Shown here piece by piece: positions 21,039-28,567 of a stretch of 37,451 nt of DNA (its first letter is position 1; each line of letters opens with the position of its first letter). The position numbers and the translations under genes were made by a program. The notes under the pieces were generated by a model that ran no database searches, was not told the DNA's origin, and worked only from the letters and a program-made list of their open reading frames with translations. This DNA is from Alphaproteobacteria bacterium. GTDB lineage: Bacteria; Pseudomonadota; Alphaproteobacteria; UBA7887. The stretch lies in assembly GCA_036398035.1 (NCBI GenBank), contig DASWHU010000042.1, forward strand, positions 1 to 37,451, given 5' to 3'.

Positions 21039-22145
21039 TCACACAGCGCGCGCGTCGCCGGCCGCGTGCGCGGCATCGGCGGCGTATCCGAGCCGCCGCG
21101 CGACCGCGTCCGTCGCCGCGGCGATCGCCTGCCGCTCGTGGTCCGAGAAGTCGGGCCGGTAATAGTCCGGGCGATGCAGCCGGCGGGCCTGGGCCTCGAC
21201 CAGTGCCGCGCCGGCCTCCAGCCGGCAATGCGCATACACCGCTCGCAGCGTCGTCTCGGGCCGGTCGCACAGGTCCTCGTAGCGGACGATCATGGTCGCC
21301 TCGGCCAGACCCGGGTGGGCGCCGATGCGGTCGAGGACGAAGCCGTACACCTGCGCCCATTGCAGCGCGTAGCCGGCGGCGTCCTCGCCCGCGGCCCACA
21401 GGCGGCGCACCTCGTCCGCCGCGCCGCGATCGCCGAGCTCGAGCGCGCGCCGGTCGAGCCCGAACTCGAAATGCCGCAGCCTCTGCATGTGCGCGAGGAT
21501 GCGCGCATCGCGCTGCTCCTCGCGGCAGAACAGGCGGTGCTGCTTGACCAGTGACGCGACATGGGCCTCGGGGTGGCGGACGGGGATGACGAAGCGCGCA
21601 TCGGGGAACAGCTCGTAGAGGTAGCCCAGCCGGGCGACGTGGTAGTTGTTCTTCGCCACGTACCGGCGGCCGCCGCGCACCAGCAGGATCTTGCGCAGGT
21701 GGTCGCGGTAGAAGCGGTCGAACGCGGCATCCCGGTCCGCGAAGCGTTGGTTCCAGAGCACCTCCTCGAACGCTTCCGGGCTTTCGGGCGTGACCAGCAG
21801 GCCGTCCTTGTGCGCCCGCTCGACGGGCTCCGCCGCGCGCCGCGGGACCAGCTCCAGGAACGCGTTCCACCACAGCGGCACCTGGATCGGCGGGACGTCG
21901 CGGTAGCTGTGGGTCGCCACCTCGGGATGCGCTGCCAGCACCTCCAAGAGGATCGTCGATCCGGCGCGCGCGAGCCCGGTCACGTAGATCGGGCCGACGA
22001 TGGGGATCGCCTCGAGCCGGGCCGCGTACCATCGGCTTTCCAGCGCCGCGAGACGCGTCAGGAGGCCGTGCGCGCGCTCGACGAGGGCGCCGAACCGGTG
22101 GCGGCTCGCCGACATCTCGATGGCGTTCGGTGGCGTTTCGGACAT
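21039..22145 (-). CDS. PAPS-type sulfotransferase family protein
   Basis: IYVTGLARAGSTILLEVL matches the 5'-PSB loop of Sulfotransfer_3-type proteins. No signal peptide. Lies 25 bp upstream of the ASST-like gene on the same strand. Confidence 0.7.
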   Translation of the reverse strand: MSETPPNAIEMSASRHRFGALVERAHGLLTRLAALESRWYAARLEAIPIVGPIYVTGLARAGSTILLEVLAAHPEVATHSYRDVPPIQVPLWWNAFLELVPRRAAEPVERAHKDGLLVTPESPEAFEEVLWNQRFADRDAAFDRFYRDHLRKILLVRGGRRYVAKNNYHVARLGYLYELFPDARFVIPVRHPEAHVASLVKQHRLFCREEQRDARILAHMQRLRHFEFGLDRRALELGDRGAADEVRRLWAAGEDAAGYALQWAQVYGFVLDRIGAHPGLAEATMIVRYEDLCDRPETTLRAVYAHCRLEAGAALVEAQARRLHRPDYYRPDFSDHERQAIAAATDAVARRLGYAADAAHAAGDARAV

Positions 22146-22295
22146 CGACCGCGTGCGTGGGACGGTGCCGGCGGCAACCGTGGGCCGGACCTAGAGCCCA
22201 ATCTAGCCCGGTCCCGGCCGATGTCCACGCATGCTGGGCCGCGCGGTCCTCGGCGGCTATCATCGCGGCCGGCGAGCGACAACGGGGAGGAGACG

Positions 22296-22583
22296 ATGGC
22301 GGCCTATCTGATCGCGCAGATCGAGGTGACCGACCAGGAGGCGTTCGATGCTTACCGGGCCAAGGTGCCGGCGACGATCGCGAAGTATGGCGGGCGTTAC
22401 CTGGTCCGGGGCGGGGCGATCACGACGCTGGAGGAAAGCCCGCCCAAGCCGCGCGTGATCGTGCTCGAGTTCGAGTCGGTGGCGGCGGCGAGGCGCTGGT
22501 ACGAGTCGCCGGAGTATCGGCCATTGATCCCGATGCGCCGGAGGGCCGCCGACGGGCCGGTGATGATCGTCGAGGGCGCCTGA
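22296..22583 (+). CDS. DUF1330 domain protein
   Basis: 95 aa: MAAYLIAQIEVTDQEAFDAYRAKV...YGGRYLVRGG. GGGGAGGAG Shine-Dalgarno a few nt upstream of ATG 22296. The long ORF-track extension from 21561 is rejected. Confidence 0.8.
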   Translation: MAAYLIAQIEVTDQEAFDAYRAKVPATIAKYGGRYLVRGGAITTLEESPPKPRVIVLEFESVAAARRWYESPEYRPLIPMRRRAADGPVMIVEGA

Positions 22584-22596
22584 TCGGCAGCAACGA

Positions 22597-22627
22597 GGGG
22601 CGCTTCCCGGCTTGAGGGAAGCGCCCC
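22597..22627. terminator. bidirectional stem-loop between the convergent DUF1330 and hsp20 genes
   Basis: Perfect 12-bp stem: ggggcgcttccc (22597-22608), 7-nt loop, gggaagcgcccc (22616-22627). No clear U-tract on either side. Confidence 0.55.
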
Positions 22628-22670
22628 GTTCCGCTGCGCCCGGGCCCTGGCCCGGCGCTTGGTTCCGTGC

Positions 22671-23135
22671 TCAGGCGGCCTTGCCGCCCTCGATCACCTT
22701 GTGCGTGCCGGCCTCGGCGCCGATGGCGATCTTGCGCGGCCTCTTCTCCACGGGAATCTCGCGCGACAGCTCGACATGGAGCAGCCCGTTCTCAAGCTTG
22801 GCGCCGCTGACCTTGATGTGGTCGGCAAGCTGGAACCTGCGCTCGAACGCGCGCGTCGCGATGCCGCGGTGCAGGAAGGTGTGCCCGGCGTCCTCGCCCG
22901 CGATGCGGCCGGAGACCACCAGCATCTCGTCGGTGACGGTGACGTCGAGCTCGTCCTCGCCGAAGCCGGCCACCGCCATGGTGATCCGGTAGGTGTCCTC
23001 GTCGAGCTTCTCGATGTTGTAGGGCGGATAGCCGGTGCCGCCGTCGAACGCCTGCGACGCCTCCTCGAGCATCCGGTTGAGGCGGTCGAAGCCGACGGTG
23101 GTGCGGAACAGGGGGGTAAGGTCGAAGGTACGCAT
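22671..23135 (-). CDS. small heat-shock protein, Hsp20/IbpA family
   Basis: Alpha-crystallin domain YPPYNIEKLDEDTYRITMAVAGFGEDELDVTV...LVVSG...GLLHVEL. ATG at 23135 is preceded by GGAGGA. Confidence 0.92.
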   Translation of the reverse strand: MRTFDLTPLFRTTVGFDRLNRMLEEASQAFDGGTGYPPYNIEKLDEDTYRITMAVAGFGEDELDVTVTDEMLVVSGRIAGEDAGHTFLHRGIATRAFERRFQLADHIKVSGAKLENGLLHVELSREIPVEKRPRKIAIGAEAGTHKVIEGGKAA

Positions 23136-23232
23136 CACATATCCTCCAGTGAGCAATATGTTGCCTGGGGCCCGCCGACGGCGCAGCCCCTTACGATCAT
23201 TGCCCGCGGGCCCGAATTGGCGCCCGCCGGCG
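23136..23232 (-). promoter_or_regulatory. ROSE-like RNA thermometer in the hsp20 5'-UTR
   Basis: Minus-strand RNA ...CAUAUUGCUC-ACUG-GAGGAUAUG-UG-AUG. The UUGCU anti-SD pairs with the SD GGAGGA, leaving one G bulged, as in ROSE elements. Two GC-rich hairpins lie upstream in the ~100-nt leader. Confidence 0.6.
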
Positions 23233-23290
23233 ATCTTCAGATAAGCATCTCGGCGTCGTATTCAAGGGTTCGGACGGGCCAATTCGGGCC
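23209..23290. repeat. 13-bp perfect inverted repeat bracketing the hsp20 promoter
   Basis: ggcccgaattggc at 23209-23221 and its exact reverse complement gccaattcgggcc at 23278-23290. Confidence 0.9.
23239..23266 (-). promoter_or_regulatory. RpoH (sigma-32)-type promoter of hsp20
   Basis: Minus strand reads CTTGAA-N15-CTTATCT (equivalently CTTG-N17-CTTAT). This fits the alphaproteobacterial RpoH consensus CTTG-N17-CYTATNT. Confidence 0.55.
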
Positions 23291-23554
23291 GCTTCCGCCG
23301 GCCTCTTCAAAACGGAGTACAATCGCCATTACATTGTGTAATTATATAAGAATATAAGGCGTATTTAATATATTAGAATAAGTTAAATCCGAGCGGTTTC
23401 TCCGCTCCACCCGAGGCCGTGCGGCAACGTACCGGCCGGACCGGAGTTGTCGGCCTGGACACGGACTCCGCGTGCGGGCAAGGTGGCGCGCCCCGACGTC
23501 GGGGCCAAGACCGGAACTTGCGGGAGGGGGCAGTTGGCAAGACCGTTGCGCGCC

Positions 23555-24343
23555 ATGATCCGCCGGCGCGAGCCCGCGTTCGGCACCTTCGTCGGCGAGT
23601 TCGACACCCCGGGCATGGGCCACATCCTCGCTGCCGCGGGCTGCGACTTCGCGTTCCTCGACATGGAGCATTCCGGGCTGACCTTGGCCTCGGTCAAGGG
23701 CGCGGTGCGCCATTACGAGGCCGCCGGCGTGGCGCTGATCGTGCGCCCGCCGTCGAAGGCCTACGACCACATCGCGCGGGTGCTCGACACCGGCGCCGAG
23801 GGGGTGTGCCTGCCCTGCGTCGGCAGCGCCGAGGAGGCGCGCGCGATCGTCGCTTCCGCCAAATACCCGCCCGCGGGCGAGCGCGGCATCGGCCTCCAGC
23901 TCGCCCACGACAACTACGTCCGCGGCGAGGTCGCCGCCAAGCTCGCCGCCGCCAACCGGCGGAGCTGCGTGGTGCTGCAGATCGAGTCGGCAGAAGGCGC
24001 CGAGAACGCCGACGCCATCGCCGCGGTGCCGGGGGTCGATGCGTTGTGGATCGGCCACTACGACCTCAGCGCCTCGCTCGGCATCGCCGGCCAGTTCGCG
24101 CATCCCGATTTCCTGGCCGCGGTGCGCCGCGCCATCGACGCCTGCAAGCGGCACCGGCGCGGGCTCGGCATGGTGGTCGGCTCGCCTGAGCAGGGCCTCG
24201 ACATGATCGGCGCCGGCTTCAACCTGATCGCCTATTCGGGCGACGTGTGGCTGTTGCGCGACGCGCTCAGCGCCGGTATCGATGCGATGCGCGACGGCGC
24301 CCGCGTGCGCCTGGGCGCGGAAACCGGCAGGGGCAAGGCATGA
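23555..24343 (+). CDS. HpcH/HpaI-family 2-keto-3-deoxy-acid aldolase
   Basis: FGTFV...AAAGCDFAFLDMEHSG...LIVRPP...VLQIESAEG...IGHYDLSASLG is typical of the family. ATG at 23555 is preferred. The stop overlaps an ATG (ATGA at 24340-24343). Confidence 0.88.
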   Translation: MIRRREPAFGTFVGEFDTPGMGHILAAAGCDFAFLDMEHSGLTLASVKGAVRHYEAAGVALIVRPPSKAYDHIARVLDTGAEGVCLPCVGSAEEARAIVASAKYPPAGERGIGLQLAHDNYVRGEVAAKLAAANRRSCVVLQIESAEGAENADAIAAVPGVDALWIGHYDLSASLGIAGQFAHPDFLAAVRRAIDACKRHRRGLGMVVGSPEQGLDMIGAGFNLIAYSGDVWLLRDALSAGIDAMRDGARVRLGAETGRGKA

Positions 24344-24372
24344 GCAAGTTCCGGGTCGCCATCTCGGGCGAC
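24249..24372 (+). repeat. left copy of the 124-bp direct repeat (aldolase 3' end plus first 33 nt of the dehydrogenase)
   Basis: Hand alignment with 31049-31172: identical except at 24267, 24269 and 24331. The offset is exactly 6800 bp. Confidence 0.95.
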
Positions 24373-24411
24373 TCCCTTGCGGTCGCGCTCCCCGGCGATC
24401 CCGTGAAATAG
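24340..24411 (+). pseudogene. orphan 5' fragment of the D-2-hydroxyacid dehydrogenase gene
   Basis: MSKFRVAISGD is identical to the start of the intact gene at 31140. It then diverges and stops after 23 codons. Confidence 0.8.
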
Positions 24412-24472
24412 GCGCCGGCCGCACGCGTCAGTCGCGACAATGATCGAGCGACCGCGTCACGGCGCCAGCGGT

Positions 24473-24709
24473 TCAGCGATCGATCCGCCGTCCGCTTCCA
24501 TCAGGCGCGCGGCCGCGATCGGGTGCATCGATGCACCAGGGCTCCATCGCCGTGCGCACCACGAGCATTACCCCGAACAGCTCCGGGTTGAAGATCTGGT
24601 TGGCCGCGGTGGACAGGATCCCCTGCTCGCAGTAGTGCGGCTTCGCGCCGTCTCCGGCGCAGGCGCAAAGGAGTGCTACCGACAGAGTGATCAAGACGCG
24701 ACAATTCAT
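24473..24709 (-). CDS. small predicted lipoprotein (78 aa)
   Basis: MNCRVLITLSVALLCAC has an atypical lipobox (LCAC). Two further Cys in the mature part. Weakest call of the five. Confidence 0.4.
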   Translation of the reverse strand: MNCRVLITLSVALLCACAGDGAKPHYCEQGILSTAANQIFNPELFGVMLVVRTAMEPWCIDAPDRGRAPDGSGRRIDR

Positions 24710-24790
24710 CGCCCGCGCGCTGCTGCACGACCGGTCCGCGACCTCGACCGGCGGGCCTGCGGCACACGCGCGCCGGACTCCCAAGGCGCG

Positions 24791-25129
24791 CTACCCGCAT
24801 ACATGATCCTCGACGTCCTGGGAGGCGAGGCCGATCAGGAATCCCATCGGCGCGAAAAACACCCCGGCGATTGCCATCAGGGGGTAGTTGGCAGGATTGC
24901 ATGCGAACACGTCGCCGTTCGCACACGCCTCGGCCATGTCGTCCATGGTCGCGAAGAAACCCATCGAGAACTCGGCCGCGGCCTCGACCCTTCCGCAGGA
25001 CTCCGCCTGTTGCGGGGAGTCGGCCGCAATGCTCGCGGTGTTAGGCTCTGTGCTGGCGCACCCCGAGACCATCAAAGCCGAGGCGAGAATTGAAAGGCCA
25101 AAGCGAGTCGTCGTGAAAAGCTGAATCAT
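24791..25129 (-). CDS. small predicted lipoprotein (112 aa) with C-terminal hydrophobic segment
   Basis: MIQLFTTTRFGLSILASALMVSGC has lipobox VSGC. GGAGGA lies upstream of ATG 25129. Four further Cys. The segment YPLMAIAGVFFAPMGFLIGLA is hydrophobic. Confidence 0.6.
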   Translation of the reverse strand: MIQLFTTTRFGLSILASALMVSGCASTEPNTASIAADSPQQAESCGRVEAAAEFSMGFFATMDDMAEACANGDVFACNPANYPLMAIAGVFFAPMGFLIGLASQDVEDHVCG

Positions 25130-25295
25130 GGCAGTCCTCCATTTCAACTTGGATCGCCGGGTTGCACTGCAATGCAGGACTCATCCAGCACATCGCGTTC
25201 TCCGCCGTCCTCCCCCATCTCATGCCGCACGCCGGCCGCGGCTACAAGCCATAGCGAAGAGACCATCGAACTGTCATCGTCAAGCCGGGTCGGTG

Positions 25296-25628
25296 TTATT
25301 CGCTGATGTCATGGCCTTTCTCGCGAAGACAGTCCTTGAACGTCTCCTCATAAGCCCGATCTTCCGCGGACGCCGCATACTCTAACGTGAGCCAGGCGCC
25401 GAGGCCGCCGGTCAGAATCGCAATCGTCTCTGCCTCGTCTGACATTTCGGCAACCCTGTCGAAGGCGGCTCTACGGGCTCGCGCTTGGCATTCGCTCTTG
25501 TGAACTTCAGAGATGTCTTCCGGGGGTGAATAGGAGAACCGCTCATCCCCGGCGGGCCGCGCAAAGGCGCAACCGCTCACGGCATAGGCAGTCAGAACAA
25601 CTGCAATGCCACAGCTAAGTCGCGTCAT
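25296..25628 (-). CDS. small predicted lipoprotein (110 aa)
   Basis: MTRLSCGIAVVLTAYAVSGC has lipobox VSGC. Two further Cys. The C-terminal AYEETFKDCLREKGH resembles a motif common in small proteobacterial lipoproteins. Confidence 0.6.
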   Translation of the reverse strand: MTRLSCGIAVVLTAYAVSGCAFARPAGDERFSYSPPEDISEVHKSECQARARRAAFDRVAEMSDEAETIAILTGGLGAWLTLEYAASAEDRAYEETFKDCLREKGHDISE

Positions 25629-25729
25629 GCCATGACCAACCGAGGAACGCAAGCGCAGCGCTCGGGGATGTCCCGCGCAGCCTGAACGCAACTGCTTGGG
25701 TTGACTCTCGTGACATTGCAACATGTTTG

Positions 25730-26206
25730 CTACATCCTTTTCCCGAGGACGACTTCTCCGGTATCCGCGTCCTCCATCCATACGAACGACGTGTACCCAG
25801 GGTGGGACCAACAGAAAATCGGAAAGCACGTGTCCTCCTCAACGTTGTAGGTTCGGCCCGCCAATAGGTTGACTTCACCAACTGCCAAGGCAGTGGTACT
25901 CTTTCGTCCCCTGTGTCGAAGGCTGATGTAGTATGTACCCGGCAGAAGCATAATCTTATTGGGGAAATCAAACGTGCTGGCCGCCCCGGACGGTGCCGAA
26001 TAAATTTTTTTGCTCTCGGAATTTATCCATGTCACGCAACTCCAGCACCCCGCACCCTGATCGATGATTGCGACCTCGTTCTCGGGGCGAGGTGTGCCGT
26101 CGTAGGCGCTCAACTCCGGGCCGGCGTGATTCCAGTACACTCCGCAACCCGACACGCACAGGGTCGCGAGGATAAGAACGCTCCTTGAAAGGGCCGAGCG
26201 AAGCAT
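25730..26206 (-). CDS. predicted lipoprotein (158 aa), possibly DUF2846/PEGA-like beta-sandwich
   Basis: MLRSALSRSVLILATLCVSGC has lipobox VSGC. LLPGTYYISL...LLAGRTYNVE pattern. Four further Cys. Confidence 0.65.
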   Translation of the reverse strand: MLRSALSRSVLILATLCVSGCGVYWNHAGPELSAYDGTPRPENEVAIIDQGAGCWSCVTWINSESKKIYSAPSGAASTFDFPNKIMLLPGTYYISLRHRGRKSTTALAVGEVNLLAGRTYNVEEDTCFPIFCWSHPGYTSFVWMEDADTGEVVLGKRM

Positions 26207-26312
26207 TATTCACCTCCTGACAGTCGCCGGGCCGTCGGCGCTCGAAGCGGCTTCGCGAGCGATGAGCGGCCGGCGATTAAGGCGATGGCCAAGGGCCTTG
26301 CGATCGAGCGGT

Positions 26313-27005
26313 TCACGGCTGCGCCCCACCATAAGGTCGGTCGCTGGTGCGCAATTCCGCCGCGATCTGGTCGTCGGCGATCACGGCGGACTGCTTCTGC
26401 TGCTCGAGCTCGGCGAGACTCCGGTCCGAGGCCGCCTTCAGGGCGGCCTTGTTGTCCTCGCAGTCGTTCCTGGTCTGGCGGCCAGCCGAGGCTTGCGCGC
26501 AGCTCCGGTCAAATTGCTCCTCGACGAGCCTGAACTTGGCTTCGATGTCCTCGGCGCGCGTGGCAAAGAACCGGTCGCGGGCCTCCGCGGTGGGGAAGCT
26601 CGCAGGATACAAGGCAAATCGAACCGTCTCCGGATACTCGCTCATCGAGCCCGAGGCCGCGTCGACGACGAGGCCGACTCCGCCGCCGAGGAGCCCGAAC
26701 AGAATGTTCCCCGCCGCCCAGCCGGAGGTGCCCGAGGCAACGGTCTGGCGGGTATCCAGGTAGCCGTCGCGGGTGCAGGCGATCTCAAGGCCATTGGCGC
26801 TCTTGCTGATCTGGATCGTGCCGGGCGTGCTGCTCACGGCGCCGACCATCGCTCCGTCGCGCGAGATCTCGCATTTGGCGCGGCCCGGGTCGGTGGCGAC
26901 CGTAAAGGGCTGCGTCGACCCTTTGACCACCGTCGCGCAGGCGTGCAGGAACGGGGCGGCAAGGATGACGAGCGCGACGGCGAGGACATTGGTTTGCCGG
27001 CTCAT
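26313..27005 (-). CDS. predicted lipoprotein (230 aa) with Gly-zipper and coiled-coil-like tail
   Basis: MSRQTNVLAVALVILAAPFLHAC has lipobox LHAC. GNILFGLLGGGVGLVVD is a glycine zipper. Four further Cys. The start overlaps the radical SAM stop (ATGA at 27002-27005). Confidence 0.7.
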   Translation of the reverse strand: MSRQTNVLAVALVILAAPFLHACATVVKGSTQPFTVATDPGRAKCEISRDGAMVGAVSSTPGTIQISKSANGLEIACTRDGYLDTRQTVASGTSGWAAGNILFGLLGGGVGLVVDAASGSMSEYPETVRFALYPASFPTAEARDRFFATRAEDIEAKFRLVEEQFDRSCAQASAGRQTRNDCEDNKAALKAASDRSLAELEQQKQSAVIADDQIAAELRTSDRPYGGAQP

Positions 27006-28567
27006 GATGTCGGCCTCCTGTTGTCGGACGGCCCGCAGGCCACACTGGGAATCCCGAAATGGCGCCGCTCGCTGCGCGCGTCCGGATCGACGTCGTCGGC
27101 CACGTCGTCATGCAGGGCGCCGTGCGCGTCGCTGACCATGGTCGGGCGGAAGTACGCCTCGAAGCGCGCCGGCAGGCGCATGAACGGCCGGTACAGCGGA
27201 TCGAGCTCCTCGGTGCTGGCGAGGTAGGTCCGGCGCGGGCGGCGCAGCCGCAGCCTGAGCGGCGAGGACGCGAACGTCTCGTTGCTGATCAACGCGCTCG
27301 TGACCATGGCGGCGAACAGCTGCAGCGGCGTCAGCCGGCGCCGATAGTGGCGGAGGAAACGGACCGCGTGTCTCAGCACGCGCGTGCGATAGCCGCGCAA
27401 GGACGGCAGGTCGCGGGCGAACCCTACCGCCTCCTCAAGCCGGTCGAGCGACCGCAGCGCCAAGGTCACTCCGTCGAGATCGCGCAACCTGACATGCGGC
27501 AGGAGCCGATGCTGAGCCAAGCAATCGTAAAAGTACGGCGTGCCGAGCAGAGGGATGGACAGGGTGAAGTACGCCGGCAGCGTGATCGTCGGCGTGTCCA
27601 GCAGCAGCCCGATCTCGGCCCTCAGCTTCTCGAGGCGGCGTACGCTTGGATCGAGCATGATGCCGTAGCTGAACAGCACGCCCGCCTCGAGGCAGGTTCG
27701 GATCATCTCCAGCTGGGGCACCACGGTGCTGTGGCGCTTGTTGTGGGCGCGCAGGGTCTCCGCGTCGAGGGACTCGACGCCGCTGAACAGCGACTGGCAT
27801 CCCGCCTCGCGCACCAGATCGAGGTTCTCGCGGCGGGCGAAGAAGTCGCCCGTGACCAGCGCCGACCAGCCGTCGATCCGTCCGCTGCGATAGAAGTCGC
27901 GAAGCAGGGCGACGCGGTCGAGGAAGAACCTGCGGTCGTTGCCATAGAAATTGTTGTCGATCAGGACGATCTGCTTTTTGCCTACCGCCTCGATCTGGCG
28001 CTTCAGGTAGTCGATCTCGTAGTGCCGGTAACGGCCGCCTTCGCCCGTGAGCGAGCAGAAGCCGCAGCGGAAGTTGCAGTTGCGGCTCGACTCGACGTAA
28101 GCGACCAGGCGGTGCGGGTCGGCGAGATCGAAGCGGGGGAACATCTCCTCGGCGACGTGGGCGGGGCCGAGCGCATCGCGCGCCACCTCCTGAAGGGCCT
28201 CGATGTCGCCGGTGCACGGATAGTCGAAGAAGCGCGCCGCCCGCCGGGGCAGGGCGCGGATCGCCGGCCCGCCGGCGGCGACGATCACGCGCGGATTGAG
28301 TGTCCGGGCGTAAGCGGCCAGATGCAGCATCCGGTCGAACGACGAGGTCACGCCCGTGAGCACCAGCAGATCGGGCGAGCCGAGTAGGGCGGCGTCGTGG
28401 AGCGGGCCGCTGTATTGCTCGTTGTAGAGACGGACCTCAGTGGTCGAGCGCTCGAACGCGCCCGCCAGGAAGACGTGTCCCATCGCGCGCGGCACGCGGT
28501 GCGGGCTGCCGGCCGTCCGCCGGTACTCGTCGAAGAAGGCGTTGACCACCAGAACGCGCTTGCCCAT
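27002..28567 (-). CDS. B12-binding-domain radical SAM protein (class B)
   Basis: The N-terminus VLVVNAFFDE...LLVLTGVTSSF...VIVAAGGP is B12-binding-domain-like. SSRNCNFRCGFC is the CX3CX2C cluster motif. SLFSGVES. Long C-terminal extension. 521 aa, no signal peptide. Confidence 0.88.
   Translation of the reverse strand: MGKRVLVVNAFFDEYRRTAGSPHRVPRAMGHVFLAGAFERSTTEVRLYNEQYSGPLHDAALLGSPDLLVLTGVTSSFDRMLHLAAYARTLNPRVIVAAGGPAIRALPRRAARFFDYPCTGDIEALQEVARDALGPAHVAEEMFPRFDLADPHRLVAYVESSRNCNFRCGFCSLTGEGGRYRHYEIDYLKRQIEAVGKKQIVLIDNNFYGNDRRFFLDRVALLRDFYRSGRIDGWSALVTGDFFARRENLDLVREAGCQSLFSGVESLDAETLRAHNKRHSTVVPQLEMIRTCLEAGVLFSYGIMLDPSVRRLEKLRAEIGLLLDTPTITLPAYFTLSIPLLGTPYFYDCLAQHRLLPHVRLRDLDGVTLALRSLDRLEEAVGFARDLPSLRGYRTRVLRHAVRFLRHYRRRLTPLQLFAAMVTSALISNETFASSPLRLRLRRPRRTYLASTEELDPLYRPFMRLPARFEAYFRPTMVSDAHGALHDDVADDVDPDARSERRHFGIPSVACGPSDNRRPTS

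Noticed and set aside
21561-22295. Long N-terminal extension of the DUF1330 ORF
   Set aside because: It is antisense to the sulfotransferase gene. The DUF1330 domain is complete from ATG 22296, which has a strong SD.
24421-24472. Possible terminator hairpin after the last lipoprotein gene
   Set aside because: Only about 5-bp complementary arms (gtcgc/gcgac) and no U-tract. Too weak to call.
24440-25093. 217-aa plus-strand ORF in the low-GC tail of the islet
   Set aside because: It has no motifs and overlaps two minus-strand ORFs that have signal peptides, lipoboxes and, in one case, a good Shine-Dalgarno. It was judged non-coding.
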